Source of the DNA: Girardia tigrina
Lineage: Eukaryota
Length of the DNA stretch: 64,000 nt
Direction: 5' to 3'
Assembly: GCA_001938485.1 (NCBI GenBank)
Contig: MQRK01252658.1
Coordinates: forward strand, 1 to 64,000
Under the pieces are notes generated by a model, which made no database searches, was not told where the DNA came from, and saw only the letters and a program-made list of their open reading frames with translations. How positions within the stretch are numbered: position 1 is the first letter of the stretch; each line of letters starts with the position of its first letter. The translations under genes were made by a program, and so were the position numbers. This document shows positions 25,381 through 39,140 of this stretch, one piece after another.

Positions 25381-28202
25381 ACTCATCTTTGATGACAGAT
25401 AAACTGAAATAAATGATGTTAAATGTTAATATTGTGTACAATTTGTTAGTAATTGTATTATTTGAAATATTTGATTCAGTTTTATGGTTTTTTTACTAGT
25501 AATTCGATGAAAAATAAATAAATTAATGAAAATGTGTCAATACGAGTGTTAAAAGTAAAATAATTTTTTTGCCGCAGAAAACAGAGGGCCCTGATAATAA
25601 GAGACGATACAAAGTGCGATGTATATAAATTTTCAAAAATATTATTTGATTAGAGAAAAGTCTCTTCAAAGAGGACTTAAAAAATTTTAGACGCAAAACA
25701 AAACAAGGCCTAATTTTGCACACAGATATGAGGTGGTGGAGTTTAAGTAAATGTTGACAAAGATCTAAAGATTTTCGGAACGACATTATTCATTTTTTGA
25801 ATTATTGTTGAATAAGATTTACAATTAAAAACTAAAAACGATAAACAATAAAAATTTTAATTTCTGAAATCGAAGTAAATATTAGAATTAATTCATTTCA
25901 TTTGTGTTCTCTTTCACAGACAAATTTTCGAGACAGAAAACCGCGCTCCGCAGTTCTCCTGTTTATCTAACTTTTAGTGTAAACAAACATTATATTGTAT
26001 ATGATCATACAATAGCGATAAATATTTTATATATTAAATTTAATAATAAAAAACAATTAAAACATATTTAAAAAGAAAATGTCTATTAAAATTATACATG
26101 GAATTTAAAATTGGATTAAATAAAACACAATTTACCAAAAAAGCATTGAACAAAAATAAAATTAATACATATTATTTTAACCCTAAAGTACCCATTGTCG
26201 TTCTTCGTGTACGTTTGAAAAAATACGGACAAATGTATTTTCCCGAAATGTTTCAGTCTCCACTTTAATTTTATCGTATTGCTGAGTGTTTTATCCATAA
26301 TGATGAACACTCATCTGAAAAATTATGATGTAACAAATGTTACAGTGTAGTCTTTTTCTTATTCAGAAAAAAAAGTTGGGCATTTTAGGGTTAAACTTAA
26401 ATAAAACTAGACCAACAACTATGATCAATCAAAATATCGTATGGTCATTTTAGTTTATCAACATTGATCGAATTCAAAATAGGTTTTAATTTTTTTGTGA
26501 TAAGAATAAAGGTTTTCGTTTCAGTGATTAAATACTGTGTGGTAGTTGTAATGACCACTGACTGTAAATAAAAAAATGTTTCAACCAACACCTTTATCAA
26601 AATCATAAACATAACCACACATGACATTAAGTAGCTCTCCATTTATCATCAGGCGGGGACTATTGTGATGACCTAAGAGTAGGGTGATAGTCTGCTCACA
26701 TCAATTCGTTTTTTTGTGTATTCATTTCATTAGTTTTTTTTATTTTGACTTGTATCACATTTTTTTTGTAACTGTCCTTCGCGGGTGTTAATTTTTTGTG
26801 TGGTGAGTGATTTTTGGCGTTTTATTTTTTTATACATGCTTCATATGTCTGTGGGTGTGAAAGAGGGTTTTGATTTGTTACGAAAGACGAATATTTAATG
26901 AAAGAATGAAAGTTGTTTTTGTTTTGAAAGACAAAAGAAATTAAAAGAAAAAAAGATAAAGATTTTGGTCGAGAAAGAAATTATTTTATGAAGAAAAAAG
27001 AAAAAGAGAAATAAAATAAATTATGTCTTGTGGATTAATTATACAATTTCAGATCCAAATTTTGAATTTGAATTTAAATTATATTGATTGACAGAAATAT
27101 AATTATCTGTCAGAATTATCATCATTAGAATTATCAGCATTAAAAAAACTGAAAGGCTGATTTGTATTTGTCTTTACGCGATTTGTGAACAACATTTTAT
27201 TACGATTATCTAAGAAAAAATTTTCCATTGTGACTGAATACTGATAACAAATTCCGACAAAAAATTTTTGACAATATTATATCGTTTGAAATATTGAATA
27301 TTATATCGTCCTATTCTCTAGTTAAATACGATACCACTTGTACGGTGATATTTTTTTATTAAAATTTGTTTGGTTTCATTACAGTATTTATTTAGAGTTT
27401 ATTTATTTTTGTTTATTATTCTAAAAGATTTTTAAAATTTCGATTTGAGTTACCTCCAGCAAGTCAGACATCTATAACATATCTTTGTAAACTGCACTGG
27501 TGGTAACTGGAATCGATATTCTTATTATCCAGAAAGGTCTAAATAACGAAATTTACTTGTTAAAACTCCCTCTTTGTTTTGCATCTGTTAGAGAGCAAAG
27601 AGTGAGCTTTACAGTAGTCAATTGTAATAATTATCGAATGTCTCAGATACCTTATCAAGTACAAAATGATTGAAAATACAAATTGTTTCCTCAGGTGGTT
27701 ACTGATATATAAATGGTTGGTAAATTAAAAGAGAATCGACCATAGTGTACTTTTATTTAATTTTAATAATAATTGAATTAATTTATTTTTATCCAATGGT
27801 TTACTGATAAATGGAAATAACCTGATGACGGAGATGAATAATTTCTCGTAACACGTATATTTAACTTTATTAAAAACAACTATTAGCAACATCACATTTT
27901 GCGTGAACACATTTATTTACAACACAAACAGAATCATTTTCAGTAGCGCTTTCTACGGAAAACATCGTTCTTGATTAATATGTTTTTTGTTTATATATTC
28001 CTTATATATTACCTTTGATTAATGAATGAGATTTTATTAATATTAACTTTTAATTTCTCAAAATTTTATTGGATAAAAATGCAATAAATAAATTTAATTT
28101 AATAAACATTAGTTTTTAAATTATATTAAATTCAATAAGTTAAATCGTTTACTAAAAAATATTATTAAAATTTATAATTAAAAAACTTTTAATTAATTAG
28201 TA

Positions 28203-28393
28203 CTGTATTTTCCGGTAGATAACGCTTGTATACCAAAATGTTAAATTTTGTCAAAATATGAACTGTGAATCCTGTACGGGTGATAACGATGTATACCTCT
28301 TAGGTGTACCACTATGCCTGCTATCTGCGTTATCTATACATGAAAAGGGATACCAAAAAGTAAGAGCTGCGCGTTATCTACCGGAAAATACGG
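28203..28393. mobile_element. MITE (pogo/Tigger-type)
   Basis: TIR CTGTATTTTCCGGTAGATAACGC / GCGTTATCTACCGGAAAATACGG, with a TA target. Confidence 0.88.
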
Positions 28394-29599
28394 TATTTAA
28401 AAATTAATCTCAATAAATTAATCTCATTTGATCTAAATAATTAATCAATAACATATTAATCCCATCTGAGTAAGAGAGTCACCAATCTAAACAGTATACA
28501 AACAACAAACTTACAACATTCCGAATTTTCCCTCACAATGTACATGAATTATTTTATAATTTTATATTAGTATATACTTTAAAAAATTACAAAAAAAACT
28601 TGATTTAACTAATTTGAGTTTTTAAACCTTCTTTCAAAGATTTATATTTTACTTTTATTGATTACTAATAATGATTTTAATAAAACGAAGAAGATGAATA
28701 CTGAGGTCGAATACCCCCCTAAAAGCAACAAAAAACTGTTTTTATAATTGAAAAACTCATTGTAAAAATAATCGTTTTTTGTACTATTTTTCGTCAGTCA
28801 TAGTTGGCATTGAATAAAAATTGAAATAAAATGCTAAAAATGTATTTGTAAAGATTTATTTTATGTCAAATATACGTATTTTCTTTTTCTTCTTGTATTT
28901 ATCAATTACACGAAAATCTTTTTTCATATTATTTAGATAGAAACTTTCAGGCAAATATGCATATTGTCAATGGACTGTAATTGCCGTTAGATGGATTTGC
29001 TTTTAATTATGTTAATTAAACATTGTTGGCAACACTTCCAATATATAAAATTAATTCCTGTTCGGGCTATCAAGACAAATTAGATACTATTTTAATTTTA
29101 ATGTTTCAAATATTTTAATATCGCAGTATCTGGCATTTAATTATTATTTATTTAGTTCAAAGTATTGAAAAATAAATTTAGTTGATCTGTGTTCTTTTTA
29201 TAATTATTAATATCCACAAAATAAACAAAACACAGTCAAATAGAATAAATAATAAATGTATTTTCATTTAAAATATTTTCAAAAGCTGTTATTTTTATGA
29301 AAACACCTGGCCACTTTGAAATATGTTAAAATATATTCTTATATTATTATTATATTAGTAAATCGAATTTCTAAAAAAAATTAAATACATTCCAATCTTA
29401 ATTGCAAAAAAATATTTAAAATGTTGAACGTATTTCCCTGAATTTCATAGCAATAAATATTGAGACCAAAAAAAATGGACGATTACATATATTTTGGATC
29501 ACTAATCTTTGGGTAAATAATCAGATTCAATCAAAAACATTAATAAAACGACATCAAAATATACGATTGATAGTTAAAACTCATGAGTGAGGCAATATA

Positions 29600-30240
29600 T
29601 ACTGGAAGAATAATCGCAGTATGAGGTTTACAACATTTATTAATATCACAAGCGCATTCACTATTTGATATCTCTCTGAGTTCAAACTAATTATTTTCAA
29701 TAAATAAAAATCTGTTAATTAAAATTATTAATTAAAAAGAATCTAATTTGTTGAAATTAAATCTAAACATTTTTTCAAAAAAGAACATATTAAATTAATA
29801 TATTAAAATTTTAAATTACATTAAAAAATAAATAATACATTCAATAATTATTTAAAATCTTTCTTTAAAATTAAATTAAATTATTTTTCATTAGTAGGAA
29901 TCAGAGAAAATATCAATCATCCATCTGTGCAGGAGAGGCACAATCCGAATCAACATACAACATGCACAATATCAACACACAATTCAAAACATTCCTCACA
30001 CGCAGCTTTCTTCTTTATACCTGTCTGACAACGCTCTTAACAATACGCATGGTGTATTATCACCCAAATAGTCTAATTAGTGTCGTTACCATAATACTAA
30101 ATCCCAAACTTTTATGTCTTACGACATCCAGAACAGATGATATCTTAATTCAATGCATACGTGGTCCTGTTTCCAAGTATGGCATTGATGATATGGTAAT
30201 AATGCTTGTTCTTAAACTTATAATCTTAGTCAATGATTAA
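29600..30240 (-). mobile_element. Non-LTR retrotransposon 3' end (C-terminal remnant + 3' UTR); related UTR copies at ~8880-9360, ~18480-18905 and 61558-62048
   Basis: All four copies share the box TGTTGYATGTTGATT..TCTCCYRCMCAGATGG (first part looser in the 61.6 kb copy) and a downstream TGT-N6-AATAAA. The upstream frame here reads KFKNKHYYHIINAILGNR..CSGC, reminiscent of a LINE C-terminal Cys motif. Confidence 0.5.
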
Positions 30241-32490
30241 CAGTATAAGAAAACTGATAAATTGAAAAAAAGGTACAATTTATAAACTTTCATTTTATAA
30301 ATAAAGAAATAAAATAAGCTAAGTTGAAATAAAAATACAATAAATACAGATTTAACTAAGAAACATAACGATAGTAAGTTTGATTTTTAACAAGAACTGA
30401 TCAGGACTGAAGGCAAATAAATTATTTGCCCGTCACAGAAATTATAGAAGAAATGGATACTGGAAATGGACTATTTATCACTCTTGGCTAACCACTCAAT
30501 TGTCTACTGTTGCAAAGGAAAATATTTTTTTTGTTCAAAAGAAACAATAATCATCTCGATTATTAAGATTCTCGCTAAGAACTCTATCGAAAAGGAATGT
30601 AAATACATCCGGATCGTTTTAAGAAGCACTGGGAAGACAAATCAACTAATGTGAATAGAAATCCTCTCGAAACAATCTTAAATCAAGAATAAAATATCCG
30701 AATTCCAAAGAAATCCGTTTTATCTTTCTTACATTTGTTTTCATTTTGAAATACAAATACAAGTTTATGTTACTTTTTTTAACAATGGAAGAAGTAATTA
30801 AAAGGTAAAACTCATAATAAATAAATAATATGTATATTTTAAAAAATAAAAAAATAATTAAGTTTTTTTCTACAATTAGCAGGTATCGTTAACTCTGGCT
30901 ATTAAGCTGTTAATAAATTGCAAAACAACCAAAAAGCTTTATTTTAATATTGTGGTAGAAACAAATTAATTAATTATTTCGAATTGGAAAACAAAGTAAT
31001 TTCAATAAGCAACATGTAACTCTTAAATATTTGCTTGGACAAATTAACAGAAATTACGAAACATCAAATGAACTAATTAATTTCCATACAAATTCACTCC
31101 TTATTTACAATTGCTAAAAAAAGTTTGTTGAAACATTAAATTTATTTTACATTAAAATATATATATATAGTAAACTTACATTATACTCTCATTGTGAAAT
31201 ATAAACTAGAGATTATTCCTTTCTCAATAGACATTGTCGTTATATTGAGCTCGTTGTGTGAGAGAAAGTTGCTTGCAAACAGGCGTATCCCTTACTCACA
31301 ATTTAATCTCAAATAAACAACGAAGACACGTTTATTTAAAATAAGACTATAAAAACTCAGTCTATTATTATCATTCAATAAAATGCATTTTATATATAAA
31401 ATATTTACAAAAGAAAGGAGATGAGGCACAATCTCTCGCATTCGAATGACATTCAGTTCTTCTTAGCAGGTGTAATAGAACAATTTATCCGATTCGCATC
31501 TTCGGTATCTTACATCTGTGTTTACCCAATATGTAATTGGAATAAATTGCAAATATATGACGAAAAAGAATTCTGTTTGGTTTGGTTATCACCGACAGTA
31601 CCAAATCAACTGTAAGGAAAATAATTCATAGAGGAATCACAGGAAACTTTTCCTCTACGCGACACGTTAGAATTTATATAAAAACATCGGTTCAAACATT
31701 AGTAATCTTTTATTGCAATGCAAATGTGAATCTGTCGAACGAATTACTTAGAATTGTATTTATTAACTTATTATTAAATCATATTTTATCAAATTTTAAA
31801 TACTTTAATTTTCAATTTTATAAGAAAAAATCTGTAGTTGTACTCGCTATAATTAAGATATACATTAAACTCCAAGAGAAAAGAAACTAATGACCCGTTT
31901 CAAGGGGATGGACTTATTAGAGCAAATCAGCCGGACTTGCTCAATCACTGATGAATAATTGATAAGTCACTTTAATAGGAACATATTCCATTTGCAATTA
32001 TTGTTGCATTCATTTTTAAAGAGTCTCTGTTGATCTCGAGGAATCACCTAGAACTTTATTTAATAGATTTTATATGTTCTTGCTCTGAGTTTTCTAGAAA
32101 TATTATCGATAGTAAATACTCATAAAAAATAATCAATAATCCATGGAACAATTAAACATTTTCTAAATATTTTAAAACTACATTAGGATCATTAACTAAT
32201 TCTTGAATTTCTCTTCACTTTTAAAAACAGTTTTAAAACTGATTATAGTAAAATATAATTATTTATATTTTTACATAAAATTAATATCTTTAACATTTCC
32301 TGCCTTTATAATTATAATTGTAAGTAGCATTTATGCCAATTTCATTATCAATAGTTTCAATGCTCATAACTCAACACCAAAATTTTTTTATAACACAACT
32401 ACAAATTTTCAAACAAATTTTCGTTTCGCCCCATAAATTTTATTCTACTTTAAATTTTATCAATTTAACTTTTTTTGAAATTTTATTTAA

Positions 32491-32680
32491 CCCCTTTACC
32501 GTGTGTCACGAGTTAACTCGTCTTCAAATATATAAAAGTCGTCTGTGTGCCGTGCGTCCCGAGTTAACTCGTCCTGATACAGAAAAAAGCATTGGAAATC
32601 AATAACAATGTAGAGGGAGGCTAAACTAACAGCCAATTCAACACAGTTTCCAAAAAAAATTTTTTTCCACGGTAAAGTGG
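32491..32680. mobile_element. piggyBac-type MITE
   Basis: TTAA|CCCCTTTACCGTG ... CACGGTAAAGTGG|TTAA, with two internal CGAGTTAACTCG palindromes. Confidence 0.88.
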
Positions 32681-34439
32681 TTAATCAAGCTTTTTATTAC
32701 TTTTTAAAATAAAATATATGACACATAAAATTAATTTATTCCATTTCTAATAAAATCTAATTAATTTGTAAAAAATATTTTTAACTTAAAAAGAATTTAT
32801 TATATTCGATAAACACATTTTTTCGATAAACGTTTTTTATTAATTCAAACTTTTTTTTTATTATTTTTAAAATGTGTTTATAAAATCATATCACCAATAA
32901 AATTAATTTATTCCATTTAAATAAAATGCTATGAATTTGAAAAACTTTAAAAAATATTTATTATTAAATCCATACTATTTTTTGAAATTTTTATTTAATC
33001 CAACTCTATTATGTATTTTTTTAAAATATGTTCTAAGCACAGTAAAATTAATTTTTCCATTTATATTAACATCTAATTTTAAAATTAATTTGTAAAAAAA
33101 CTATTTAATTTCTTAAAAATACTTTTGTAGTACCTTGATATTATAAATTTACGCAATAACTTTTATGTTATTATTTCTTTTAAAGTTCTTATTTTAAAAA
33201 TTTCTACTGAATATATCAACTTTCAGAATTTTTAGATTTTAAATTCTATTTTTGTCTTACATAATTATTTACTTTTTGCAAAATTTTAAATTATTCAGCG
33301 AATCGAAAATTATAACTAACACCTTAGTATAATAATTAAAAATATTTTTTTATTTTTTGTATATGATTTTTGAACCATTTTTCAATAAAATATTCTTCAA
33401 TGACATTAATATTTAAAAAGAAGTGTTGTGGATTGAAAGCCGAAATTAATATTAAAACGAAAAAAGGGTGAGTGTCGAAAGAATCGAAATTTCTTCAAAA
33501 ATATTATTAGATCGTACGTTCTCCAAAGGATTCACAATAAATAAATAAATAAATGTCAATGTTATTATTTTTTTGAATGTCGAATTAACCCCTTAAACGA
33601 ATGCCATAACTTTGAGAGACCCTGATCTAATTAATCCAAAAAAGTCATTCTATCGAATTTATACATGTCGCTAATTATAGATCCCCCTACTTTTTACAAA
33701 AATTATTCATATTACCAATACAATATGTTTGATAATATTATTTTAATGTCATTTGAAATTCTCGCGTGATACAGTAATTAAAAAAAATTATAAAATTCAA
33801 ATTTTTTTCCAGTCAATTTAGAAAATGCCAAAAGCATTTGGAAATTCCCGTTTTCCTGTCATTTAAAGAGAAATAAAACTGAAAACATAAATATTTTTAT
33901 AAATTAGTCTCTCAGGGAAAACTCAGTAAAAATGCAAATATTTTTCAAAAAAATATTTGAAATTAATTACTTCAAAAATCATTTGAATTCCGTTTGAAAT
34001 TTATTGAAAGATAAATTCAAATTGAAAATGCAAAATTTTTGTATAGATATCAATAATATCCAGAAAAAATAATGTTTTGGAAATCGTACAATATTGTTCT
34101 AATTTCCAAATCGTTCGTTTTAATATCCCGATTCCGTCAGTGTTTTTGATTTATTTACTTATCTTGTACAAAATATGTACATCAAAAAAATTAACATTTC
34201 AAAGGTTAAAGAAACAAAAATATATTTTATTTTTCTTCGCTCATTTATTCTATATTTATATAGTCTTAATTTATTTTCTACATTTTCAATCTAGTATATT
34301 GAATGATGTATTATTATGCTGTCTGTTTGGTGGTCTGCAAGTATTATTAATTCATTTCATATTTTTAAATACAGTTTTAAACTCAGATTTTTAACCTCAA
34401 AGAAATCAATCTCAACAGCAGAATAAAGATTACTAAGGC

Positions 34440-34580
34440 AATAAATCAGAATATCATGGATAGACTTAAAGCGTTTAAAAAATGAAGTGCTACAGGAATA
34501 TACTGAAGATCACGTGGAAAGAAAAGAAGACCAACGACTCTGTCTGGAGGAGAATGACAGAAATACCATAAACCTATCGA
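34440..34580 (+). mobile_element. RTE LINE C-terminal fragment
   Basis: RLKAF..LKITWKEKKTNDSVWRRM, matching the RTE motif L.I.W....TN..V. Confidence 0.55.
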
Positions 34581-35583
34581 CAACTTCATTCCTTATTTTC
34601 CTCTTGAGTTTGGAAAAAACGAATCAATTTAGTGCATATTAATTTACATTCTGTAAAAAAGTAATAAATCTAGAATAAATTATATCAGCTCTTTCCGAAA
34701 ATATACTGTACAAGTCTAAGTTAAGAAACTGATGGATAAAAATACAATATTCTTTTAAAAACTAAATAATAAAAAGTGTTATCATATTTTTAGATATTCA
34801 ATCACTTTTTTAAAAGCTTGGGGATAGATTTAAGATTACTGCAACTGGTGTTCATCTGGAAGTTGATATACTTTAAATATTAAAATAGTTAATATTAGGA
34901 CATATAATAGAACATATTTTACCAAATACGTATTTTGGAAAATAATTTATTTTAGAACTTGATAAAAACGATAAAGGACAAATTTTCTTCCACTTCTGAC
35001 TTTAAAGACTTGCTGATAGATTCTTGCAACAAATTAGTGTATAAATAACACGCTTTAATTGTAAAAAGTTATTTATATATTTTTATTTATACATTATTTA
35101 TACATTATTATTCATGATTTCGCTGTATTGAAAATTGGGTACTTCTGCAAAAAAGATTGTATTTATCAAGAGCTGAGGATAATAATAAAATATAATAATA
35201 TATAAAAGCCCAGAGTTTCATCTGCGTAACACCCAAAGTTTGCTGTGATCAAATTTTTTTCTTGCTTTAGCATGGCTAAATTTTTTAATTTTTTAATCAA
35301 TGCATAATAATTCCGGTTAATATGAAATTACAAGCCAAAAATAAGCAGCGTCTGCAGAACTGCTATATATGAATAAAATGATAGAACGATTGCAGACTTT
35401 TAAAATAGTATCTAACACATGCATATAATATATATTTATTTTAGAATAACATAAAATATCCGAAAGAACTTTTGGTTCACCCTAATGATTTATATGAATT
35501 ATTCAAAATTGTGAGTGAAACTCAAATTCAAATATTTTAGAATTTAAACATAAATTATAATTATGATTTTCAAATTAAAACAG

Positions 35584-35640
35584 AAACTTTCAAAGAAGAA
35601 AATTCAGCTCTGCCGTCATATATGACGGGTCTTTTTCTAG
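35584..35640 (+). mobile_element. Helitron 3' terminus
   Basis: CCGTCATATATGACGG hairpin (35613-35628) followed by CTAG|T. Confidence 0.8.
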
Positions 35641-37111
35641 TAAAATATAATTGAAATGTTTATTAAAGAAATCGAATGAAAGTATTAAGAATTTTCGATG
35701 CTATTACAAAACAATTGAAAAAAAGAAAATATCTACAAAGACGAAAACTAATGACATTTCAAGAAAAATTTCCAGCAAACACGATGAGAACATATGTTAA
35801 TGCCATCTATATGCCATCATAGACTGACAAAGCAATAAATATCCTAGAATATATTTATTTATTTTAATTTCCATCAATTATTTATCTAACAAATTCAGAT
35901 TATGAGAATCAAAAATATAAATTTTTAGAGAAACAAATATAATATTATCTCGAAATTTCGTCAAAATAGTAATAAATTATATAATACATTTATCTATTTT
36001 AATAGGATGTATCCTATTAAAGTTATTATATTAATGTTATGATACTAACGATTTGATGATTCCATTTATAAATTCCTAAAAATTAAAATCAGGGATATTC
36101 ATTATAGAAACATTATATATTTACATTTAATAACCGACGAATAATTAATTTACTTCTTGACCGATTTTTTTACCAAGAAATATAATCAGCTATATTTACC
36201 AAAGGAAAATTGAAAAAAAAAGATTTATTATTATTTTTTTATTTTATTATTATTGTTGTTGTTATGAATGTTATTATTATTAATTATTTTTATAATAATA
36301 ATAATTGTTCGATCACTGAGAAGTATTATCAGAGTCTTGAAATAAAATTAAAATAGCGATCAATGCAAACAAGCTGCTGTAAAATAATATGCAGAAATAC
36401 AGAAGTGCTCGACTGAAGCACGACTTCAATATTCTCAATGGCAAGTTACCCAACATAAAAGATAGTTCAAGACTCAATATTGATGTTTATTCGGCTGAGA
36501 ATATTATCGATGTAAAGAAATGATTAGGGGTGTGATCAAAAAGAAACTTTTGCGACGGATATGATGAAAATGTGTATATTTTGTGTGTTTGGGTTTTTTG
36601 TAGAGTATTTTTTATATATTTTGTTATTTTGTTGGTCAAAAGAAGAATTAAAAATTAAATAAGTTCTCATGAAAATTTGAATAAAAATAGTAAAGACAAT
36701 TAAGAAAAGAAAAGGTTATACAATGAAACGAGAATAATCGATAATGAGAATTTTACGAATTGGAAGGAATATTTTGATCGATTTATCGACACGTGTCGTT
36801 GAATGTAATCGACAATTTCACAAGTGAATACAAGAATGAGATCTCCGAACCCGAAGAACAGATGAGCAATTGTTTCAGGTTTGGATCGCGAATCGACACC
36901 ATGAGTCAAATGGAAAAGAAGTGTCGACAGGCTATTGGTAATTTTATTGAAAAACCCAGGGAACAACACCAACCGAGGTAGCACAAATTTTATAATTTCT
37001 ATACCACCCAGACACTCCAACCAACACCACCATGTCGCAACTGTGCACCCCCTGCTAACACCAGAAATAATAATAATAGTAGTAATTATAATTATGTAAA
37101 AATTCACAAAC

Positions 37112-37173
37112 CCAACAGTTCCGTTGTTTGGAAAATAATGAATTTCACCAATATTGTCCTTGTCAATGAGATT
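37112..37173 (-). CDS. ATP1B: Na+/K+-ATPase beta subunit, 62-nt exon
   Basis: tttAG|NLIDKDNIGEIHYFPNNGTV+GG|GTttgt. It matches the D.ENIG.I.YYP motif, and phase 2 fits the last exon. Confidence 0.9.
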
Positions 37174-37338
37174 CTAAAATAAGTAAGTGATAACAGGAAA
37201 ACACATAAATATATTAAATAAATAATCCATATGAAACATTAATATTAATAAAGCACAACATAAATATGATTAGATTTCTCTTGTTAAAAATACATTTTTC
37301 TATAATTCTTATTTTAAACGTGTAATAAAGCCTCTTAC

Positions 37339-37401
37339 TTGTCCTGAACATTGTACTGCTGGACTCTGGTTGTCGGTTGTGTCAGGTATCCATCCATAAA
37401 T
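37339..37401 (-). CDS. ATP1B: Na+/K+-ATPase beta subunit, 63-nt exon
   Basis: taAG|IYGWIPDTTDNQSPAVQCSGQ|GTaaga. It continues KMNK-IYGW.P and carries the fifth Cys. Confidence 0.92.
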
Positions 37402-38450
37402 CTTAAGAGAAACATCAATTATGCTAGAAAAATAAATAAGAAACTTTTGTATTTATTGAAAAGTTTATGATATAATTCTAAGATTTATGAAAATGCAATT
37501 ATATAATGATTATGAAACGTATGCTGTTGCACTATACTAAGAGAAATAGAAGTTGTCATTGAATCTCTAGTGAAGCAACATTGGTCATTTATAATGTATT
37601 GTGACTATATTGAATTGTAGAAAGTTTTGCGAATTTGTGAAATACATAGACCAAAATAACTGCTTCATACAAAAGAGATTGATCATAAAACTGGTACTCA
37701 CTGTTTTGTGCAGTGTTAAATACATTAAATCATACATTATCTTCCGAAATATTGAGACTAATGATTTAGGAATCGGAACAAAAATATCAAGCAATTTAGA
37801 AAATCATTCCAACAATAAATTAATAGATCATGTTATAATTGTTACGTTGCGCTGGATTGGTTATTGTAACGAAACGTTATAAAAAACTATAGTTTAAATT
37901 ATTGTTGTATAAGTCACACTTTTTAATTACAAGTATTGTTTTCTTATTTACTTACGGAATTCGAAGATCCAGTAAGGAAAAATGCTAAATAAATGACACG
38001 ATTCCACAAATCGTCTGCGACCTTTCAGTACTACATTTGGAAGATTTTTGCTTTTATAGCAAAAATGGACCACGTGTATTAAACCCTTTTTACAAGACAC
38101 TTTATAATACATTGTATCGTCATTAATAAAATATTATGTACTTTTATTTCATTTATTTAAATAATTCTAAAAATAAAAAGTTAATCCAACAGTAAATTAA
38201 TTCGTACTAGTTTAAATTATACATATTAATCTAATGAATATTTGTCTTTGGTTAACTGTGTTTTTAATAAATATAAAACGTCAAATAATTTTTTGAATAA
38301 TTTAATATACTTTAATTTGAATTATTTAATATAAATTATGTATAAGTTTCAGTAGCAAGTCATTCGCTTTAAAACATAATTTTTAATGATTATATATTTG
38401 GACATCACTGAAATTTGTAGAATAGATATTTTTAAAGTATTATAATCTAC

Positions 38451-38790
38451 GTTGTACATGTACCGATCACAATCCTTGCTTATCTTCAGCAACTTTATTG
38501 TGTCGTACTTTATTTTTATTATTATTTTTTTATTTTAATAATTTATTTAATTATTATAATATATATATATATATATGAAAATTATTTTTAAGAAAAATAA
38601 TAAAGTTCAATTTTATTGGTTAATATTTTATTTAAAGATATTTAATATTGAAGGTGCTTTACTTTTCCCATTTTGGATGTTAATCCCTGAGTTATAGTTT
38701 CTTATTTGCAATGATTCACTAAACAACCTCTCATAATGTGAACCAAAATTCTTCTGAAGAATATAAATTTCATCTTTTAAATTGGGTTCA
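38451..38790 (-). mobile_element. Penelope-like 3' fragment with degenerate hammerhead
   Basis: HYERLFSESLQIRNYNSGINIQNGKSK* is a GIY-YIG C-terminus. It is followed by GTTG-CTGAAGA-..-GGTA-CATG-TA-CAAC at 38493-38451. Confidence 0.75.
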
Positions 38791-38849
38791 TTAATTTCAT
38801 CATTAACGTCTTCGATATTAATTAGAATTTCATTATTTTCTAGTTGATC

Positions 38850-39140
38850 TTCGTCTTCAACGTGCACTGTACTTCCTGACTAGGGATAACGAGATCTTGT
38901 AACATTTTATCCATATACATACCATGGAGGATAATATCGAAGTCATCATGACTTCGATTGACAACACTAGATATTCCACAATGAAGGAATGATTCCTTAA
39001 TGTGTTCCTCTGAAATAGATGACCATGAATCACGAATCCCTTCTAAAATTTCATTCAAACGCGGACTTTGCATTTTTATCGAGATGGTGTATTCATGTTC
39101 ACTTTTTTCCACAATAGTATTGTGAGAGGATCTCATGTGG
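38850..39140 (-). mobile_element. pogo-family DDE transposase C-terminal fragment
   Basis: PRLNEILEGIRDSWSSISEEHIKESFLHCGIS, matching the pogo motif W..I....I..SF..CGIS. Confidence 0.7.

Noticed and set aside
26400-27060. Possible Gypsy PPT (GGCGGGGACTA) plus LTR
   Set aside because: No partner LTR, TSD or clear coding motif, so too weak to list as a feature.
28981-29000. GCCGTTAGA resembling the start of a flatworm spliced leader
   Set aside because: The match is only ~9-11 nt, with no SL remainder or Sm site.
36700-37107. 135-aa hydrophobic ORF next to the small exon
   Set aside because: No recognisable motif; it lies in an intron just past a valid donor and is probably antisense to a decayed repeat.
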